A stretch of 64,000 bases of DNA, taken from positions 62,001 to 126,000 of the forward strand of contig NIVC01000748.1 of NCBI GenBank assembly GCA_002269645.1, in the 5' to 3' direction. The stretch comes from Macrostomum lignano. Lineage: Eukaryota. Under the pieces are notes generated by a model. The model did not search any database and had not been told where the DNA came from. It saw only the letters and a list, made by a program, of their open reading frames with translations. Made by a program: the position numbers and the translations under genes. Position 1 is the stretch's first letter. Every line of letters begins with the position of its first letter. Positions 60,300-64,000 of the stretch are shown here, in pieces.

Positions 60300-61500
60300 T
60301 CCGCCTTAGGTGTTTAGATGGCTTCAGTGCAGTGTCACTCAGTTAGCCACTGTTCTTTGATCAGCATATTAAAATGAATCCCCTTGCTTATCTGTCTTCT
60401 AACGTGGAAACTTCCCCTTCAATCTGCATCTATCTATCGGACGGCTTGACTTGAAGGATGCATGCTCTGAGCAATAATAAAATGCTAATTAACAACCTCG
60501 GGGCTTCTCAAACTGCTTGCTTGGGCTGCGGATTCTGGCAAGCATGACCAGCTGCATTCCAGATCCGCCAGACCAAGCAAAACATGTGCGTTTGTGTGTT
60601 ACACTCCAATGCTTCTACTCCAGCTTGCACTGGGCCAACTATACTCGTGATGCATTCATTATTCAACTAAGTTGAAGTTAATCTCATTTTCTAACGACTG
60701 TTGGGGGGGATAAATTTTATGCTTTATTTAAATAAGCTGAAATTCTTGTTCATTAATTGTTAATTTTAAACTAGCAACAAGAACTAGAACGCCAGATCGT
60801 GTACGGTACTAGGCCATACGTGAGTGTATTATAAAATCTTTTAATAGTCAATATTTACTTGTTTGACTTGCGTTTATACTATCCCAATTTCGTACTGTCA
60901 CTCAATCTGCTATCCCTCTGATCTGTCTTTATCCACTCAGACTATCGTTAGCTAGCTTTCCTACTCTGTGTCATCAGACTCTTGACAGTTACAAAACCCT
61001 TTTTGATCGTGTCTTCAGGAATTCTCTAGCTACTGCATCACAAACAGGCCCGGCCCACTCAGTCACTTGTTCATCTGTTTGCACCAGCTACCACGAAAAG
61101 GCTCACCGGACCAAACTATCAAGCTGAATCTGCCTGTGCATTGACTGGTTGTGCCTATCCCCAGATGCATCTTTGATAGAAAAGGTCTATAAGCCAATCT
61201 CTCGGACATACAACACAGTCCCCAATTAGAAAGGGTGCTTGCGAAGTGCTTTTAGCTATCCCCAGGTGTGTGGAGCAGGACTGCCTCTTCATAATAACGA
61301 CTGGACAGTTTCCGTTAGAATAACCCTCATCCAGGAACCTCAACAATGAGTTTGGCTCTGGGGCCTCCCTAACCTGCACTCGCGCCTCATCTAGGCCATT
61401 ATATTTTTCTGCGGCTGCTGGACACTCAGCGTCTCCCCTGCAGACACTCCACACCTTTCCCGCTCGGAGAGCAGATGGACACGCAAGCTCTGCTCAAAAT
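60300..61500 (-). mobile_element. Decayed CR1/L2-like LINE fragment (ORF1 esterase-like and APE-like remnants)
   Basis: Stop-riddled minus-strand peptides FLIGDCVV and FVVAGANR (SGNH-like GDS and GxND blocks) and MQIEGEVSTLEDR*ARGFILI (APE-like RxDR..GGGV). Similarity judged by eye. Confidence 0.4.
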
Positions 61501-61759
61501 GGCAAACTATATGGGAGGGGGCGCCGTGAGTTGACTTGGGTATTTTTCCTCTCTGCTGCTTAGTAAAAATAAATTTTGTGACTTATATTTACGCTGTGGG
61601 GCGATTCGTAAAGCAAATATAGAATACCACCGCATTTAAGTTTATAGAATGATGGACAGCTTTTCGTAGTACCTTGCATGTACAAGCTAGTTTTGGATTT
61701 CATGTGCGAACGTATTTGAGTTGATTGCTTCCGGAAGAGCCTAAAGCACAGGAATCAAG

Positions 61760-61762
61760 TAA

Positions 61763-61803
<41 letters not shown>

Positions 61804-61830
61804 TAGACAGAGGCAGTCAGACAGGCAGGC

Positions 61831-61861
<31 letters not shown>

Positions 61862-61888
61862 TAGACAGAGGCAGTCAGACAGGCAGGC

Positions 61889-61921
<33 letters not shown>

Positions 61922-61932
61922 GGCAGGCAGGC

Positions 61933-61965
<33 letters not shown>

Positions 61966-61973
61966 GGCAGAGC

Positions 61974-62063
<90 letters not shown>

Positions 62064-62064
62064 C

Positions 62065-62106
<42 letters not shown>

Positions 62107-62125
62107 GACAGACAACAGACAGACA

Positions 62126-62166
<41 letters not shown>

Positions 62167-62170
62167 CAGA
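61760..62170. repeat. (GACA)n tetranucleotide microsatellite
   Basis: Direct reading. Confidence 0.97.
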
Positions 62171-62365
62171 CGCACCGAAAGAAGCAGACGAAGCGCGCAA
62201 CTGTCTGAAAACTTCAAAATTGTTACAATCGTCAGAATAATTGAGGAACAGAGAATTTCCCTTACATGCGTCGCTGCAAAGTTACCCCCCCCCACTCGCC
62301 CCTCGCAAAAAAAGGACAGCGCACAGACGTGACTGACCACTGGAACGCCTGGATCAAGCAAAACG

Positions 62366-63139
62366 NNNNNNNNNNNNNNNNNNNNNNNNNNNNNNNNNNN
62401 NNNNNNNNNNNNNNNNNNNNNNNNNNNNNNNNNNNNNNNNNNNNNNNNNNNNNNNNNNNNNNNNNNNNNNNNNNNNNNNNNNNNNNNNNNNNNNNNNNNN
62501 NNNNNNNNNNNNNNNNNNNNNNNNNNNNNNNNNNNNNNNNNNNNNNNNNNNNNNNNNNNNNNNNNNNNNNNNNNNNNNNNNNNNNNNNNNNNNNNNNNNN
62601 NNNNNNNNNNNNNNNNNNNNNNNNNNNNNNNNNNNNNNNNNNNNNNNNNNNNNNNNNNNNNNNNNNNNNNNNNNNNNNNNNNNNNNNNNNNNNNNNNNNN
62701 NNNNNNNNNNNNNNNNNNNNNNNNNNNNNNNNNNNNNNNNNNNNNNNNNNNNNNNNNNNNNNNNNNNNNNNNNNNNNNNNNNNNNNNNNNNNNNNNNNNN
62801 NNNNNNNNNNNNNNNNNNNNNNNNNNNNNNNNNNNNNNNNNNNNNNNNNNNNNNNNNNNNNNNNNNNNNNNNNNNNNNNNNNNNNNNNNNNNNNNNNNNN
62901 NNNNNNNNNNNNNNNNNNNNNNNNNNNNNNNNNNNNNNNNNNNNNNNNNNNNNNNNNNNNNNNNNNNNNNNNNNNNNNNNNNNNNNNNNNNNNNNNNNNN
63001 NNNNNNNNNNNNNNNNNNNNNNNNNNNNNNNNNNNNNNNNNNNNNNNNNNNNNNNNNNNNNNNNNNNNNNNNNNNNNNNNNNNNNNNNNNNNNNNNNNNN
63101 NNNNNNNNNNNNNNNNNNNNNNNNNNNNNNNNNNNNNNN
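62366..63139. other. Assembly gap (774 N)
   Basis: Run of n characters. Confidence 1.
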
Positions 63140-64000
63140 ATCCGCCAGACCAAGCAAAACATGTGCGTTTGTGTGTTACACTCCAATGCTTCTACTCCAG
63201 CTTGCACTGGCCAACCTATACTCGTGATGCATTCATTATTCAACTAAGTTGAAGTTAATCTCATTTTCTAACGACTGTTGGGGGGATAAATTTTATGCTT
63301 TATTTAAATAAGCTGAAATTCTTGTTCATTAATTGTTAATTTTAAACTAGCAAAGAACTAGAACGCCAGATCGTGTACGGTACTAGGCCATACGTGAGTG
63401 TATTATAAAATCTTTTAATAGTCAATATTTACTTGTTTGACTTGCGTTTATACTATCCCAATTTCGTACTGTCACTCAATCTGCTATCCCTCTGATCTGT
63501 CCTTTTATCCACTCAGACTATCGTTAGCTAGCTTTCTACTCTGTGTCATCAGACTCTTGACAGTTACAAAACCCTTTTTGATCATGTCTTCAGGAATTCT
63601 CTAGCTACTGCATCACAAACAGGCCCGGCCCACTCAGTCACTTGTTCATCTGTTTGCACCAGCTACCGAAAAGGCTCACCGGACCAAACTATCAAGCTGA
63701 ATCTGCCTGTGCATTGACTGGCTGTGCCTATCCCGATGCATCTTTGATAGAAAAGGTCTATAAGCCAATCTCTCGGACATACAACACAGTCCCCAATTAG
63801 AAAGGGTGCTTGCGAAGTGCTTTAGCTATCCCCAGGTGTGTGGAGCAGGACTGCCTCTTCATAATAACGACTGGACAGTTTCCGTTAGAATAACCCTCAT
63901 CCAGGAACCTCAACAATGAGTTTGGCTCTGGGGCCTCCCAAACTGCACTCGCGATCTAGGCCATTATATTTTTCTGCGGCTGCTGGACACTCAGCGTCTC
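63140..64000. repeat. Second copy of 60563-61435 immediately after the gap
   Basis: Colinear sequence differing mostly by 1-4-bp indels. Confidence 0.95.

Noticed and set aside
61725-63252. Long ORFs with TDRQ/SVCL repeats and X runs
   Set aside because: (GACA)n microsatellite and the N gap.
1-64000. Spliced-leader RNA, snRNA or rRNA genes
   Set aside because: No recognisable SL exon with donor and Sm site, and no rRNA or snRNA sequence seen on either strand by eye.

Overview
Eukaryotic (metazoan) genomic DNA. GC-rich exons, minisatellite-filled introns and flatworm-like gene features suggest a free-living flatworm such as Macrostomum lignano (inference, not verified). Supported genes: ZMYND8-like PHD-bromo-PWWP reader (minus, runs off the left edge), GDP-fucose transporter SLC35C1 (minus), a possible PAGR1-like Gln-rich gene, a kinesin-8 KIF19 spread over about 13.5 kb, tRNA-Thr(CGT), AAR2, an intronless PAN/apple + C-type lectin, an orphan 122-aa membrane protein, and a 7-repeat delta-type protocadherin with two single-base frameshifts. 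The rest is about 20 tandem arrays, two tRNA-derived SINE families (one CORE-like), two mariners, hAT/Harbinger-like MITEs, a Helitron remnant, a decayed LINE, and a 774-N gap with a duplicated flank. Most interesting signals: (1) a CpG-depleted domain at about 9.1-16.2 kb holding 14 copies of TAGGCCTA, which I saw nowhere else in the window; (2) AAR2 lacks a contiguous in-frame ATG and needs either a spliced-leader AUG or a 31-nt intron; (3) many minisatellite units carry a canonical transcription-factor site (STAT/GAS, NF-Y, E2F, AP-1) and decoy YAG splice acceptors. All counts and alignments were done by eye.
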